Shown: piece after piece, positions 62,995-64,000 of the stretch
How the letters are laid out: every line of letters starts with the position of its first letter
Position numbering within the stretch: position 1 is the stretch's first letter
Source of the DNA: Thalia democratica
Lineage: Eukaryota
Length of the DNA stretch: 64,000 nt
Reading direction: 5' to 3'
NCBI GenBank assembly: GCA_965202585.1
Contig: OZ241833.1
Span: forward strand, 5,952,001 to 6,016,000
Translations under genes and position numbers: made by a program
Notes under the pieces: model-generated
The model's input: only the letters and a program-made list of their open reading frames with translations
What the model was told of the DNA's origin: nothing
Databases searched by the model: none

Positions 62995-63781
62995 AATTCA
63001 GATTACTTGTACACTACTATCTAAAAATGGAATAAATTAAAATTGTTATTTTTAATAGTTTTGGCTGAACTTTCATTGTTAATTTAATGTTGATATACTT
63101 TTTTTGTCATACACTTTTAAGCTTATACATCGGTATTAAAAAAAAAGATTTTGGGTAATGAGTATTTTTAAGTTTAATGTTACAAGTAAAATTTAATATG
63201 CTATATTAAGTCTAATCTTATGTTACAGCTAAGGTTTCTAAGCAATGTTTTAACGCATTGAGTTGCTTATATATAAAGTAGTAATCAAGCTTTTCATGCT
63301 GATTATGCTTTGATTATTTTTGTAAGGAACGGAATTTAAAATTTTGTTTATAAAAAACCAGCAACTAGTTTGAGGAAAAATATTTTAAGACGTAGTTTAC
63401 AACACTACTAATATCTTTACTTGTATTTATCTACTTAATTTCTACATCTTTAAAATTAACTTTAAAAAAGTATTTCTTACATTTTTGTTATGTAGCTTAG
63501 TATAAGGCATAAAAGTAAATTAAGATAAAACAGTAATAAAAGTTAATATAACAGTTGGTTAGGAATTAACAAAATTATTTATACATGTAACTGTATGCAG
63601 ATTAGCTGTTTATTTCTACAGCTTAAAGGTAAATATAATTTAAAAAAAAGCGAAAGAAAATAATTAGGAAATAACTAGAAATAAATATTTATAAAAATAA
63701 AAAAGAAGGTAATAATACTTAAACTCCACAGTTTGATTTTTAGATAAAAAATTTGACATCTTAACGATAAACAATTCAAGT

Positions 63782-64000
63782 GGACAATTTTGCTCGGCAA
63801 CTCTTTTGCACGAGTGTCACTTTAGCATGAAGGGTCACTTTTGCACGAAAGTAAAATAAATTACTAAAAAAAATGTAAAAAAAAAAAGAAAAATATAAAA
63901 AGACTAATTAATAATAAAAAAACACAAAAAAATACCGACCAGGGGTAACGGTTAGTGGTAACAGTGATAGCAAGAAAAAATTACAAAAAATAAAAAGTTA
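63782..64000. mobile_element. Left part of a foldback/MULE-like element, cut by the window end
   Basis: Matches 31733 onward. Confidence 0.55.

Overview
AT-rich eukaryotic (probably invertebrate animal) genomic DNA with spliceosomal introns, DNA-transposon MITEs and a LINE relic; no prokaryotic features. The window is a tandem array of one two-gene cassette. On the minus strand is a serpin (8 copies), divergent across 0.8-1.5 kb from an intronless, GC-rich, secreted S1/chymotrypsin-fold serine protease on the plus strand (6 copies; a 7th is expected just past the window end). The ORF track misses that each serpin is spliced: a 976-nt exon, then a 434-464-nt intron inside the reactive-centre loop (RCL), then a 200-nt terminal exon. 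The product is about 391 aa, has no signal peptide, has an unusual Gly-Pro-Phe reactive site and ends in -SKL (PTS1-like). The protease keeps His/Asp/Ser but has a strongly remodelled S1 region. Only 1 of 6 protease copies is canonical: 3 are frameshifted and 2 carry Gly193Trp. Most serpins remain intact. The array grew through nested near-identical duplications (offsets 12,879 and 32,050 bp), with microhomology or templated junctions and conversion-like SNP patches inside the genes. Also present: a polyubiquitin relic, an unidentified coding exon, hAT- and MULE-like MITEs, an element with a ~128-bp internal tandem repeat, and an RTE LINE relic. All comparisons were made by eye; species and function are inferred.
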